The notes under the pieces are model-generated. The model was not told the origin of the DNA. It did no database searches and saw nothing but the letters and a program-made list of their open reading frames with translations. Shown piece by piece: positions 37,402 through 46,659 of a DNA stretch of 64,000 bases. The DNA lies in sequence record NC_047885.1. The stretch is one strand, 5' to 3'. Both the position numbers and the translations under genes were made by a program. This stretch comes from Escherichia phage chee24. The number at the start of each line of letters is the position of its first letter. Position 1 is the stretch's first letter.

Positions 37402-37490
37402 TGGCGGAAGAAGTGGGAATCGAACCCACAAGGCTATATTTCAAACCGACAGATTAGCAATCTGCTGCAATACCGTTATGCTATTCTTCC
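37402..37490 (-). tRNA. tRNA-Ser (GCT), class II
   Basis: 89 nt; perfect acceptor GGAAGAA/TTCTTCC; anticodon arm GCAGA-TTGCTAA-TCTGT; long variable arm. Confidence 0.65.
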
Positions 37491-37511
37491 GAATTTATAA
37501 GATATATTATA

Positions 37512-38030
37512 TTAGAAATTTAGCTTCATAGCAAGAAAATTTTTCAAGTTTTCGGTAGACATCTCATCCACATCTACAGGAGAAACAAATCCATTTAATT
37601 GTCTAGCAAATTTTTCACCAGCAGGATCATTATCCCCAACAGCTACCAATTTAAAAGGTAGTAATTTCAATTGCTTTAACAACGCTTTTCCTGGAGAAGA
37701 ACCCAACATTGCCAGGGCTGGATAACCAGCGTTATGTAATGCTACGGCCTTAAATACAGATTCCGCAACCAATACTACTTTTTCATCCCCATTGAGAGTT
37801 TCCAGCCCCCATACACACTGTGTAGTAGAATAAGTAAAATACTTAGCTTCAAAAGGAGATTTACCATGACCTTTTGGAGCAGAAGGATTATAAGTCTGAT
37901 AGCCTCTCAACATCCCAGAGAAGTCATACAATGGGACTGTTAGCCATCCTTCCGGACTTAACCAGCAATGATATTTATCTGTATCAAACCCTCTAGATAA
38001 GAGATGTTCTGTTAGTTCATCAACAGTCAT
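37512..38030 (-). CDS. Toprim-like domain protein
   Basis: 172 aa; VVLVAES ... VAVGDNDPAGEKFARQL resembles Toprim acidic motifs; promoter at 38059-38087. Confidence 0.5.
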   Translation of the reverse strand: MTVDELTEHLLSRGFDTDKYHCWLSPEGWLTVPLYDFSGMLRGYQTYNPSAPKGHGKSPFEAKYFTYSTTQCVWGLETLNGDEKVVLVAESVFKAVALHNAGYPALAMLGSSPGKALLKQLKLLPFKLVAVGDNDPAGEKFARQLNGFVSPVDVDEMSTENLKNFLAMKLNF

Positions 38031-38058
38031 ATTAGATTCCTCTCAAATTTATAAATAT

Positions 38059-38087
38059 ATTATACAGAGGATTTAGCATTCAAGCAA
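38059..38087 (-). promoter_or_regulatory. sigma70-type early promoter (-35 TTGCTT, -10 TATAAT)
   Basis: ATTATA-N17-AAGCAA; drives 37512-38030. Confidence 0.6.
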
Positions 38088-38203
38088 TTGAATTTTTTAA
38101 CTTTTTAGAGGAAAATCACAGGATGCTTACGGGTAGCAGGTAAGTGGTCAGGACCGAAATTTGTGACCCCACTAAAAATCTGGGGTCAATTTTTAAAGAC
38201 CCC

Positions 38204-38232
38204 TTGACATTTTTGCCGGGGTAGTGTAAAGT
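38204..38232 (+). promoter_or_regulatory. sigma70 promoter (-35 TTGACA, 17-nt spacer, -10 TAAAGT)
   Basis: Consensus -35; preceded by overlapping GACCCC/GGGGTC hairpins. Confidence 0.55.
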
Positions 38233-38294
38233 ATATGTTATGGATGAGTGATCAAAGAGACACACATTTTCTATATACTAGGAGGTGTCAAAAA

Positions 38295-39275
38295 ATGACA
38301 GAAGAAGTAGCTAAGAGTCCTGAAACCGTCGCTAGCGTAGCAGCAGAACTGCATCGTCACGAGGAATCAGATAAGAAAAAGTGGGAGAAAGTCAAAGCCT
38401 ACGAAGAAGAACATCGTGAACACGATGATAAAGATGAAGAAGATGACGATGATGAACATTGTCATAAATATGGAAAACATAAAATGCAAGAACCAGTAAA
38501 CGTATTTACTAATGGCTTCCCTGGCATGGGTGCATTCCCAGCTAACGCAAGTGCTTTCGGTGGAGAAGGTATGGGTCTATTCGGAGCTATCCTAATCGGT
38601 GCTCTATTAACAGGCGGATTTGGTGGTTTTGGTGGTTTTGGCCGTGGTGCTGGCGTTGCCGCTGAAGGGACTGCTGTGGACGCGATCCTTTCTAACCAAG
38701 ATACTGCAAGTATTCTAGCTGCAATCAATACTACTCGTACAGAAGCTAACCAGGGCACTGGGGCTGTTCTAAGCGCAGTAAACGGTGTGGGAGCTGCTCA
38801 AGCTGCTAGCACTCAGCAAGTTCTGACTACTATCTACGGTACAGGTGCTAATCTGTCAAACCAGATCTGTGCTGAAACTCGTAACGTTATTCAGGGTCAG
38901 TTCGATCTTTCTCGTCAGATGGATCAATCTTTCGCTGCTAACCAGATCGCACGTGCTCAAGATAAGTTTGACTCTGCTCAGATTGCTTTCCAGCAGTCTA
39001 TTCAGACCAATAACCAGTTTGCCGCTGTTCAGGCTCAGATGTGTGCTAACCAGAATGCTATAGAGCGTCAGCTTGCTGAATGTTGCTGTGAACTTCAGAC
39101 TGCGATCGCTGGTGTAACTACTGCGCGTATCCAGGACGAACTGAATGAATGCCGTCTGCGTGAAGCAATCGCTCAAGGTAGTGGTGCTAACGGTCAGGTA
39201 ATTAACCAAATCGCTGTAAGTCTTGGTGCTATCACTCAGACTCTGGCTGGTCTGCAGGCTAAACTGCCGGCTTAA
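38295..39275 (+). CDS. low-complexity protein: acidic N-terminus, Gly-rich hydrophobic segment, Gln/Ala-rich C-terminus
   Basis: 326 aa from ATG with AGGAGG RBS inside track ORF 38235-39275; consensus promoter at 38204-38232. Confidence 0.6.
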   Translation: MTEEVAKSPETVASVAAELHRHEESDKKKWEKVKAYEEEHREHDDKDEEDDDDEHCHKYGKHKMQEPVNVFTNGFPGMGAFPANASAFGGEGMGLFGAILIGALLTGGFGGFGGFGRGAGVAAEGTAVDAILSNQDTASILAAINTTRTEANQGTGAVLSAVNGVGAAQAASTQQVLTTIYGTGANLSNQICAETRNVIQGQFDLSRQMDQSFAANQIARAQDKFDSAQIAFQQSIQTNNQFAAVQAQMCANQNAIERQLAECCCELQTAIAGVTTARIQDELNECRLREAIAQGSGANGQVINQIAVSLGAITQTLAGLQAKLPA

Positions 39276-39296
39276 AATTAAGGGGAGGAGCCCATT

Positions 39297-39713
39297 ATGA
39301 GTAAATATGGTTTTGTAAACAACGGATTTAATCAACAAATGGGCTCCCAGCAGCCCGTTCCGGGTCTGGATAATCCTTACCTACAACAGTTGCAACAGCG
39401 TTTAGCAGAAGCGCAACAGATGCAGCAACAACTCCAGCAAAACCCTGGAAGTGTGAGTCCTATGCAAATGATGCAGCAAATGAGCGGGCAGTCGCAAATG
39501 CCTCAACAAATGCAGCAACAGGTGCCTCAGCAGCAAGTTCAGCAACAAACCCAACAACCGCAGGTTTCTGCGGAAGGACAGGCAGTACTAGCTCTTTTCG
39601 AAGATTTCGCAAAGACAGAGGATGGGAAACAGCTTGTATCACTTATGGGTAAGTTTAATAGCTTCTGCCAAAGCCAGGTTGCAAAAGCTCAAAATGGTGA
39701 TAATAACTCCTAA
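39297..39713 (+). CDS. glutamine-rich protein (138 aa)
   Basis: ORF with GGGGAGGAG RBS; second gene of rightward operon. Confidence 0.55.
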   Translation: MSKYGFVNNGFNQQMGSQQPVPGLDNPYLQQLQQRLAEAQQMQQQLQQNPGSVSPMQMMQQMSGQSQMPQQMQQQVPQQQVQQQTQQPQVSAEGQAVLALFEDFAKTEDGKQLVSLMGKFNSFCQSQVAKAQNGDNNS

Positions 39714-39722
39714 GGAGGAATT

Positions 39723-39917
39723 ATGTGTTGCAGAAAATCTGTTTCGTGCTGCCCAATGCCTGTAGCACGTTGTTGCTCTCCAGCAATGTTTACACAAATA
39801 CCGGCGTTCAATCCCTTTGCCTTTAAGCCTACTCTTATCCTGCCCCCTAGAGTAGATTTTCAGTCAAGATTGGCCTCCCGTATGGGTGGTTGCTGTAACA
39901 AGAGTATATGGTTCTAA
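39723..39917 (+). CDS. Cys-rich small protein (64 aa)
   Basis: ORF with AAGGAGG RBS; contains 8 Cys including CC pairs; followed by hairpin terminators. Confidence 0.5.
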   Translation: MCCRKSVSCCPMPVARCCSPAMFTQIPAFNPFAFKPTLILPPRVDFQSRLASRMGGCCNKSIWF

Positions 39918-39933
39918 AGAACCAATAATAAAA

Positions 39934-39968
39934 AGCCCCTAGTCGAAAGACTTAGGGGCTTTTCTCTT
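39934..39968 (+). terminator. rho-independent terminator (possibly bidirectional)
   Basis: Hairpin AGCCCCTAGTC..GACTTAGGGGCT flanked by AAAA upstream and TTTT downstream. Confidence 0.65.
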
Positions 39969-39984
39969 ATCTTAAATACAGAAA

Positions 39985-40016
39985 AGCCCTGCGCTCTCCA
40001 GGGAACGCAGGGCTTA
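39985..40016 (-). terminator. rho-independent terminator for leftward SPFH gene
   Basis: Hairpin AGCCCTGCG..CGCAGGGCT with T-run on minus strand. Confidence 0.6.
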
Positions 40017-40038
40017 CTTCGAATATTACGTGTGGGTA

Positions 40039-40986
40039 TTACTTGTTACGCATATCCATAATCATCTGGCCATCATAACCAGTGCCAACCACAGTCTGCG
40101 GTACACCACCTTGATACTTCTGAGCACGAATCATTTCAACTTCTAGTTGCTTCCAGCGAATCATCTCAGGAGTAATGGTACGTTGCAGAGCAGCGTTAGC
40201 TTCAGCTTCTTTCTTAGCTGCATACAGTTTAGCATCTGCATCACGTTCGTTTGCAATAGCTTGGTTGTTACGAGCTTCACGATCTGCTTCTGCTTGTTTA
40301 ACCTTCTGCTGTGCTTCTTGTTCAACGCGAGCTAATTCAGCTTTCGCAGCATTAACTTGTTCTTCGCGAACTTTGGTATTCTGTACCTGTTCCATAATTA
40401 CCGGTGGCAATGTAATATCCTGAAGGAACACTTGCTTAACTGTGTAACCATAGGGGCGTGCATACTCTTCAACTTCCTGTTGAATTGCAGTTTGCAATTG
40501 TGCTTGAATTTTAGCATCAAACAAATCTTGTGCTTTAGGTACAGACTTACCAAACTCACGAATAGTAGACAGTAATTTTTCAGTTACATACTTATCTAGA
40601 GCCTGATCTTGAGTACCCGCATTAATACGGTTGATCGGTGCCTTAGAACCATCAAACTGCAACATAACAGTCAGGTCAACAGTGGATTTAAACTTATCCT
40701 GGCTAGGAACCTGAAGTTTATCTAATTTTACAGCAATATCTTTTGTACTAAAAGTATCGAAAGATGCAAATGGGTTTACAAGATGGAAACCAGGTAATAC
40801 TGGGTTAGGATCTACTTTACCTAGAAATGTTTGGGTTTTAACCGTACCATCAGAAACAATAGTATATGAATTAAAAGCTAGGATTAAACCTGCTAAACCA
40901 ACTACAGCACCAATACTCCAACGTTTAATAGTGCGAATTACTTTTTGCTCAGAAGTCAGTTCTTTCATATTTTTAGTATTAGACAT
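40039..40986 (-). CDS. SPFH/band-7 (prohibitin/HflC-like) membrane protein
   Basis: 315 aa; N-terminal TM helix, SPFH-like core, charged coiled-coil C-terminus. Confidence 0.6.
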   Translation of the reverse strand: MSNTKNMKELTSEQKVIRTIKRWSIGAVVGLAGLILAFNSYTIVSDGTVKTQTFLGKVDPNPVLPGFHLVNPFASFDTFSTKDIAVKLDKLQVPSQDKFKSTVDLTVMLQFDGSKAPINRINAGTQDQALDKYVTEKLLSTIREFGKSVPKAQDLFDAKIQAQLQTAIQQEVEEYARPYGYTVKQVFLQDITLPPVIMEQVQNTKVREEQVNAAKAELARVEQEAQQKVKQAEADREARNNQAIANERDADAKLYAAKKEAEANAALQRTITPEMIRWKQLEVEMIRAQKYQGGVPQTVVGTGYDGQMIMDMRNK

Positions 40987-41020
40987 ATATTTCCTTTGTT
41001 TTAGTTACAGTTAATAAAAT

Positions 41021-41095
41021 TGGCCGAGGTGACAGGATTCGAACCTGCATAAAGGAATTTAGAAGACTCCTGCCTCTCCCTTAGACTACACCCCG
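41021..41095 (-). tRNA. tRNA-Arg (TCT)
   Basis: Hand-folded; anticodon arm GGAGT-CTTCTAA-ATTCC; T-arm GCAGG-TTCGAAT-CCTGT. Confidence 0.65.
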
Positions 41096-41597
41096 TTTAA
41101 GTATTTTTAAGAACTCTCGTAAAAACTCTTAAAAATACAGACGATACCGGGAGAGTCATAAGTCTCACTCATTAAGTATTTCAAGACAAAATACAGTAAC
41201 GTCTATTATTTTCCAGTTTAAGTCAAGGTGACTTAGTGGTTATGTCCTGCGGTATACTGAGGACTAGGTTAGGTTAGGGTCATGACTCCCCACCTTTTTG
41301 CTGCTACTCAACAGGAGTTATCGCGAATTACCTGTGCTATTGTGCACCATTAGTGGCATCTCTCATGCCAGCATTTCCCACTTTGTGGATAGTTTGAAAA
41401 ACTACTCCGATATGGAGAAAGAACTTCACTATCCTAGAATACCTTCTAAAGTTCTTCTTTAGCCTGGACATAGTTAAATCGTAATAAAACTATTCAGCAG
41501 ACTGGTTGGTTAGTCTGGAACCAACTACCGCGTGGTTTAGGCAGTGCGCAACTAACCTCGGAAGCTTTTACATTAAAAGCACCAGTTATCCAGTTCT

Positions 41598-41670
41598 TAC
41601 CGACCGTAGGATTCGAACCTACATCTTCCACCAGTTACGGCTTGATAATACCGTTTTATACTAGATCGGC
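41598..41670 (-). other. tRNA-like element (acceptor and perfect T-arm; anticodon arm unresolved)
   Basis: T-arm GTAGG-TTCGAAT-CCTAC and acceptor GCCGATC/GGTCGGT; CCA not encoded. Confidence 0.35.
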
Positions 41671-41893
41671 AGTGTTACTACATAAGTGATTTCCACACCC
41701 CACTATCAGTAAATTAGAGAAGAGTTTAGGGGAGAGGTTTCAGACGCCCCATTTTACACGTTCTAGCCACTAACCGGGATTGCCGCCCCCTGTGTACTAG
41801 TTTTCCAACTAACCCACCGACTCTATTCAATGCGCTCCGGTTGGGATTCTGCACTCAGCGTAATCGGCTCGCTGTTCTCTAATTTATGAATAT

Positions 41894-41922
41894 ATTATAC
41901 AGAATTTATAAGCATTTAGCAA
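41894..41922 (-). promoter_or_regulatory. sigma70-type early promoter (-35 TTGCTA, -10 TATAAT) facing an ORF-free region
   Basis: ATTATA-N17-TAGCAA; downstream leftward region 41100-41880 has no ORF of 60 aa or more. Confidence 0.6.
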
Positions 41923-41930
41923 ATAAATTT

Positions 41931-42374
41931 TTAATTAAATTCGCCAGCAATCTGAGCAGCAGTACCACCATCATAACGCCCAGGAAATTCTTCCTTAATC
42001 GCTTTCATCAGCATACCTTTTGTAATTCCAGGGTTTAGCTTAACTAATTCTGCAAAGTATTTACGAATCTCAGTATCAGATAACTGAGGAGGCAGATACT
42101 CCTGCAACCACTTATTTAGAATGTATTCATACTGAGTGGACTGCAAGCTATAACTATCAAGATCTTGACCATGAAGTTTAGCTTTCATCTGGTTAATGCT
42201 TTTTAGTTGAGCTTTGAGATAAGACACAAATTGTTCAGAAGTGATGAAATCTTTATCAATACGCTGAAGATCCCCGATTATGGTCTGATAGCTTTTAGCG
42301 ACTTCTTTATCAGAACCATTAAACTTAGAATCCTGCAAAGCTCTACGCAAAACATCTAAAATATTCTCTTCCAT
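41931..42374 (-). CDS. hypothetical protein (147 aa)
   Basis: ORF; T5-type promoter motif upstream near 42560-42600. Confidence 0.5.
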   Translation of the reverse strand: MEENILDVLRRALQDSKFNGSDKEVAKSYQTIIGDLQRIDKDFITSEQFVSYLKAQLKSINQMKAKLHGQDLDSYSLQSTQYEYILNKWLQEYLPPQLSDTEIRKYFAELVKLNPGITKGMLMKAIKEEFPGRYDGGTAAQIAGEFN

Positions 42375-42612
42375 TATTTCATTCCTAACGCTTGGTTAAA
42401 AGATTGTTCTGTCATAACTGCTGAGACTTTGGCGAAATCAAACTTTTTAGGGTTCGTAGTGATCTCAGCAACGTTGGAAGTTTTAACAGTTTTCGTAGTA
42501 CGAATACCGCGAGTATTAACACCAATAATTACAACTGATTTCATATTTCGCTTCCTCTCATTAATTTATGAAAGTATTATACAGAAGTTTAAGTATTTAA
42601 GCAAATAAATTT

Positions 42613-43080
42613 TTAAGTTTTAGTGACAACAGGCTTATAAAATGTATGTCCCTTAATCTTAGTTGTTTTCTTAAACTTCTTTGTCCAGTATGGTTTATCT
42701 TTACCACTATGGAAGTATAAAGCTCCATGTGTAGGATCTTGTGGTAAATCAACGTAGTATATCACTCTAGCTAAATTCTTGGCGGTTTGCCAAGCCTCAT
42801 CAGTTTTATCAACTTTTGGTCTCTTAGATACCCAAGAGAACTGGTTAGACTGATATACTACTTTACAGTAGGAATCTGGGAATTTACCGGAGTTTACACG
42901 GTTTTTAGTAACATGTGCAATCGCCGTCATTCCCTTTATGCCCTCACCACGACTTTCGAAATAGATATTTTTAGCAATGCAATCTATTTCTTTTGCATCG
43001 TGCGATGCCTGACTACTAAAGCTGAAGGTAAGGGCAGCTACTAAAAGCAAAGCTGCCTTCATTCTTTTTACTCCTGCCAA
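42613..43080 (-). CDS. secreted cell-wall hydrolase (SleB-like)
   Basis: 155 aa; signal peptide; SleB-like hydrolase signature. Confidence 0.6.
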   Translation of the reverse strand: MAGVKRMKAALLLVAALTFSFSSQASHDAKEIDCIAKNIYFESRGEGIKGMTAIAHVTKNRVNSGKFPDSYCKVVYQSNQFSWVSKRPKVDKTDEAWQTAKNLARVIYYVDLPQDPTHGALYFHSGKDKPYWTKKFKKTTKIKGHTFYKPVVTKT

Positions 43081-43385
43081 TCATATTCAACACGATTGGG
43101 ATTTTCTTTATACCCTAAGTCAAGCAAATCATTACGCATAGTTTGCTTAGCTACGGGATTCGAGGTTACTAGTACCACTTTCTTTGGTCTCTGCCCAAAT
43201 TCTAAGAGTAAACGAAGAATTTGATAACCTTCCATACCATCTACAGCCAAGTCATTATCCATATAAACAAAGTGGCCTGTGGTATCAGTTTTATTCAGAA
43301 ACTCGACAGCGGCTTCTGGGGTTCGAATGATAATGTCCATTCCATGAAGATTACGCACATCATCAATCAAAATATGAAAAGTCAT
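43068..43385 (-). CDS. receiver-like domain protein (105 aa)
   Basis: ORF; ILIDDV ... DGMEGYQIL resembles CheY-like receiver fold. Confidence 0.45.
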   Translation of the reverse strand: MTFHILIDDVRNLHGMDIIIRTPEAAVEFLNKTDTTGHFVYMDNDLAVDGMEGYQILRLLLEFGQRPKKVVLVTSNPVAKQTMRNDLLDLGYKENPNRVEYDWQE

Positions 43386-43827
43386 AATAGCCTCGTTTCA
43401 TCAATTTAAAAATATATTATACAGAAAACTTAATAAATTAGCAAATACATTTTTAAATTGTGAAACTAGTAAACCGATAAACAGCCTAGAGGCGCCACAG
43501 GCCATATCTTACGAGCCATGTACCTTTGATCTAGGGTTTGAATCATCAACGAATACTTTGCATCTTTTAGCTTTAGAAGTTTAGAAGTTTGAGTTCTTTA
43601 AACTTTTCAGCTTTCATACTTAAATGTTGATCTTTGAAGTTGTGTCGGTAATATCAACGACGCTTTGTTTTTACGTGTCAGATTAAATGTCTGATGTAAT
43701 AAACATAATCTCCAATAGATTATACTTTATAGTATGGTCAGCGGTCTTATTTAACCTCGTATTTCAACCGCTGCTGCGAGGTAAGATGCTTGGGCTTTCG
43801 TCTACCGATTTACTAGCTTTTAAATTA

Positions 43828-44466
43828 TTACTCTACTTCAATGAAGGTAGAGGCGTTAGACTCGGACAGAACAAAGTCAACATTTGTTGCAAAGTCCTGA
43901 TATTCCTCGTCATGCTGCTTAATCAGCTTCTCCAGTTCCAGCGGATCAATCAAGAATGGAGTATTCTTGAGTTCCAGCAGGTTGAGCTGCATTTTAACTT
44001 CATCTTCGGAAGTTTTCTTATCGCGGGTAGCCATGCTATCCTGCAAACGCTCATATTTAGCATCAAACTGTGCTTTCTGCGTATTAAACTTAACCGTAGC
44101 GGCATGGAACTGCTTACGCATGTTAGCCAGCAGCTGAGCTTTAAGCTCCATAGAACGCTTAGCTTCAATTGCTTCCGCAACAGTCATCTTACGAGAACCA
44201 ATCTCAACTACTGTTTCCGCATTGCTCTTAATCAGAGCAGCTTTGATACGATCACGCTTGGACATCATATCCATGAGAGATTGGAAATCTGCCTTAATAC
44301 GTGCAGACAGATCGTCTACTTCGATTGCAGCGCCAACTACAACCTTATTTTTATCCTTACCTTCACCAACAGCGATCAGAAGCTGTTGTTCAGTAGCTTT
44401 ACGGATTTTAGCTTCCAGAGATTTGATAGTTGCCAGAGCGCGAGTTTTAGAGATACGAGTAGTCAT
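43828..44466 (-). CDS. hypothetical coiled-coil protein (212 aa)
   Basis: ORF with protein-like composition; antisense ORF 43687-44499 rejected. Confidence 0.55.
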   Translation of the reverse strand: MTTRISKTRALATIKSLEAKIRKATEQQLLIAVGEGKDKNKVVVGAAIEVDDLSARIKADFQSLMDMMSKRDRIKAALIKSNAETVVEIGSRKMTVAEAIEAKRSMELKAQLLANMRKQFHAATVKFNTQKAQFDAKYERLQDSMATRDKKTSEDEVKMQLNLLELKNTPFLIDPLELEKLIKQHDEEYQDFATNVDFVLSESNASTFIEVE

Positions 44467-44519
44467 TATTTGCTTCCTTATATGAAGTTTGAGATTTGAA
44501 TTTGTTTAAATTTGGTATA

Positions 44520-44702
44520 TTACAGACCAATTGCCAGCAGAGTGCGCAGAACAGTATCATTACTGTTATCAATTTTAGGATTAGCACGATTTAACAGATC
44601 AAAGATTTTCTGGATACCTGATTGACGTTCAGCCATACGACGTATACCAAGATTACGAGTAGCTTTCTTACCATTTTTACGAACATTTTTAGATACTGGC
44701 AT
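44520..44702 (-). CDS. hypothetical basic protein (60 aa)
   Basis: ORF; promoter at 44743-44771. Confidence 0.4.
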   Translation of the reverse strand: MPVSKNVRKNGKKATRNLGIRRMAERQSGIQKIFDLLNRANPKIDNSNDTVLRTLLAIGL

Positions 44703-44742
44703 ATTTGTTTTCCTTTTATTGTTTTCTCAAATTTATGAATAT

Positions 44743-44771
44743 ATTATACAGAATTTTGGAGCCGGAAGCAA
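44743..44771 (-). promoter_or_regulatory. sigma70-type early promoter (-35 TTGCTT, -10 TATAAT)
   Basis: ATTATA-N17-AAGCAA. Confidence 0.6.
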
Positions 44772-44772
44772 A

Positions 44773-45474
44773 TCAAATTTTCATTTTTTCGATCATAGCT
44801 GCAACACAATAGCTTTCAACTAAGGCATCAAATGCAGGATCATGCTTAACCGGATATATCCCATAACGAATGGTGTCCATCTTCTCCATTTTAGCTATTG
44901 CCCAGCTAACACCTTCGGTCTCTAGAGCCTTATAACTGTATCCAGCTTGCATCCAGAGATTACGAAGAGATCGAACATTACCCAAATTCCAGAATTTCCA
45001 CGGAACTACCTCTTCATTGGTTCCAGCATGGAACGTGTTTGCAGAGTAGATAGTCATATCAAACTCTGGGCCATTGCCATAATACAAAGCATTTTCGCCT
45101 AGAGCCAACTCCATAATATTTTGGGCCATAGAGAAGGCAGCATAGTTTGAGCCTAATTTATTAGTGCAATGATGTTTACCATTTTGGAAGGCAATCAGTT
45201 TTGGATTACGTTCCTTCATAGCTTCCATAATATGTAGAGCTGATGGGCTATTCTTAGCTTGATCCATCCAGAATGCTAGAGTAGATGCCGTAACTTTAGC
45301 TCCAGAATTAAGCTGATCCTGCACATCCAAAGTAACAAATACTAAGTCAGGGTCTTTATCAATCCCATGCATAGCCACAAAAGCGAAAGAAGGCATTGCG
45401 ATATGAGTAGTACCACAATCTCCTGGAGTTCCTAGAGATTCAATATCTAGCATACCAAATGGTTTTACTTTCAT
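44773..45474 (-). CDS. DEDD-type 3'-5' exonuclease-like protein
   Basis: 233 aa; N-terminal MLDIESLG resembles DnaQ-like Exo I motif. Confidence 0.5.
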   Translation of the reverse strand: MKVKPFGMLDIESLGTPGDCGTTHIAMPSFAFVAMHGIDKDPDLVFVTLDVQDQLNSGAKVTASTLAFWMDQAKNSPSALHIMEAMKERNPKLIAFQNGKHHCTNKLGSNYAAFSMAQNIMELALGENALYYGNGPEFDMTIYSANTFHAGTNEEVVPWKFWNLGNVRSLRNLWMQAGYSYKALETEGVSWAIAKMEKMDTIRYGIYPVKHDPAFDALVESYCVAAMIEKMKI

Positions 45475-45502
45475 AACTTATCCTTTATTGTGTAGAAAAC
45501 TA

Positions 45503-45739
45503 TTAAAGAGCTGTCTCTTTAATAGACTCCCACTTCTTGGGGTCTTTAAAACCAGGAAGCATATCCTCACTGACATCCCAGTTCTCTTCCATAGAGAAGT
45601 CGGGCCATTCATTCCAGCTACCTTCCAGCTCTTCATAACAGGTATCCATTACCTCATGACTAGAAAGTCGTGTATAATCCCTAGCTGACTTATGGGTGCT
45701 AGCACGGTTAAAATCATTCTTTGCTACAAAATTACGCAT
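45503..45739 (-). CDS. hypothetical protein (78 aa)
   Basis: ORF. Confidence 0.45.
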   Translation of the reverse strand: MRNFVAKNDFNRASTHKSARDYTRLSSHEVMDTCYEELEGSWNEWPDFSMEENWDVSEDMLPGFKDPKKWESIKETAL

Positions 45740-45780
45740 AGTTTCTCCAAATAAGAGGGGCTTTCGCCCCCTGATTTAAA

Positions 45781-45996
45781 TTACTTGCCCAGCAGTTTAA
45801 GGATATTTTCCATAATAGTTTGGGCAGATTTTTCACTCTTGTTGGTTTCAGCCAACTTTAAAGCGAGTTCTTCCTGCTGTTTCTGAATATCCGCAGCAAT
45901 TTTTTGATCAGCCTCAATACGAGCTTGAAGCTCATCAGTGATAGTGGTAAAGGAAGCAACGATTTCAGTAACGGAACGTGGTTTCTTAGAGAACAT
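45781..45996 (-). CDS. hypothetical protein (71 aa)
   Basis: ORF. Confidence 0.45.
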   Translation of the reverse strand: MFSKKPRSVTEIVASFTTITDELQARIEADQKIAADIQKQQEELALKLAETNKSEKSAQTIMENILKLLGK

Positions 45997-46060
45997 AAAA
46001 AATATCCTTGATTAGTTAGAGAATCAGTAGATTCTAGGGGCTCTCGCCCCTATTTATCTA

Positions 46061-46576
46061 TTACTTCGCTTTACGCTTGCGAGCTGGTTTAGCAGATTTA
46101 CGAGCAGAATCACCCGTGAACTTAATGCCTACACCGTAACACAGAGCACGAACATTATCTTTACTATACTCTACGCCAAAGATATTTGGCTTAACAGAAC
46201 CAAACTGTCCACGAGTATCACGCAATACATCTGCTGTTGGTTTACGCTTCTGGTTAACTGCCTTCTCATAGTCTTTCATAGACATACCATTACGAGAGAA
46301 CAATTCAGCCCCAGCGTTGAAGCTCAGGGAAACTGGGACAGATTTGTGGCCGTAATTTTCTACATACATAACCATTTTGTAGGATTTACGGGTAGCATTT
46401 TTAGCTTTAGGCTTCTGACGAATCGGAGCCGGATTATTCAGTGCTTGCGCAGCCTGAGCATCGGTAGGATGCTTACGCAGGTGACGTTCCAGGCGAGCTT
46501 TGCGATTAGCCTCAGTCTTCGGGAAAGTTTTAACTGCCGGAGCTGCTTGAGTTTTTGCGTTTTTCTGCTTAGCCAT
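46061..46576 (-). CDS. hypothetical basic protein (171 aa), possible nucleic-acid binding
   Basis: ORF with Lys/Arg-rich termini. Confidence 0.5.
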   Translation of the reverse strand: MAKQKNAKTQAAPAVKTFPKTEANRKARLERHLRKHPTDAQAAQALNNPAPIRQKPKAKNATRKSYKMVMYVENYGHKSVPVSLSFNAGAELFSRNGMSMKDYEKAVNQKRKPTADVLRDTRGQFGSVKPNIFGVEYSKDNVRALCYGVGIKFTGDSARKSAKPARKRKAK

Positions 46577-46659
46577 TATTTATTTTCCTTTTTGTTTATC
46601 AATTTATGAAGTATATTATACGAGAATTTGAAGCGTTTAGCAACTGAATTTTTTAAAAA

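Noticed and set aside
38462-39338. Minus-strand ORFs 38462-38758 and 38856-39338
   Set aside because: Antisense to the promoter- and RBS-supported rightward operon; Pro/Ala- or Ser/Leu-rich translations.
43687-44499. 270-aa plus-strand ORF
   Set aside because: Leu/Phe-rich, low-complexity translation typical of an antisense frame; the overlapping minus ORF 43828-44466 is protein-like and co-directional with neighbours.
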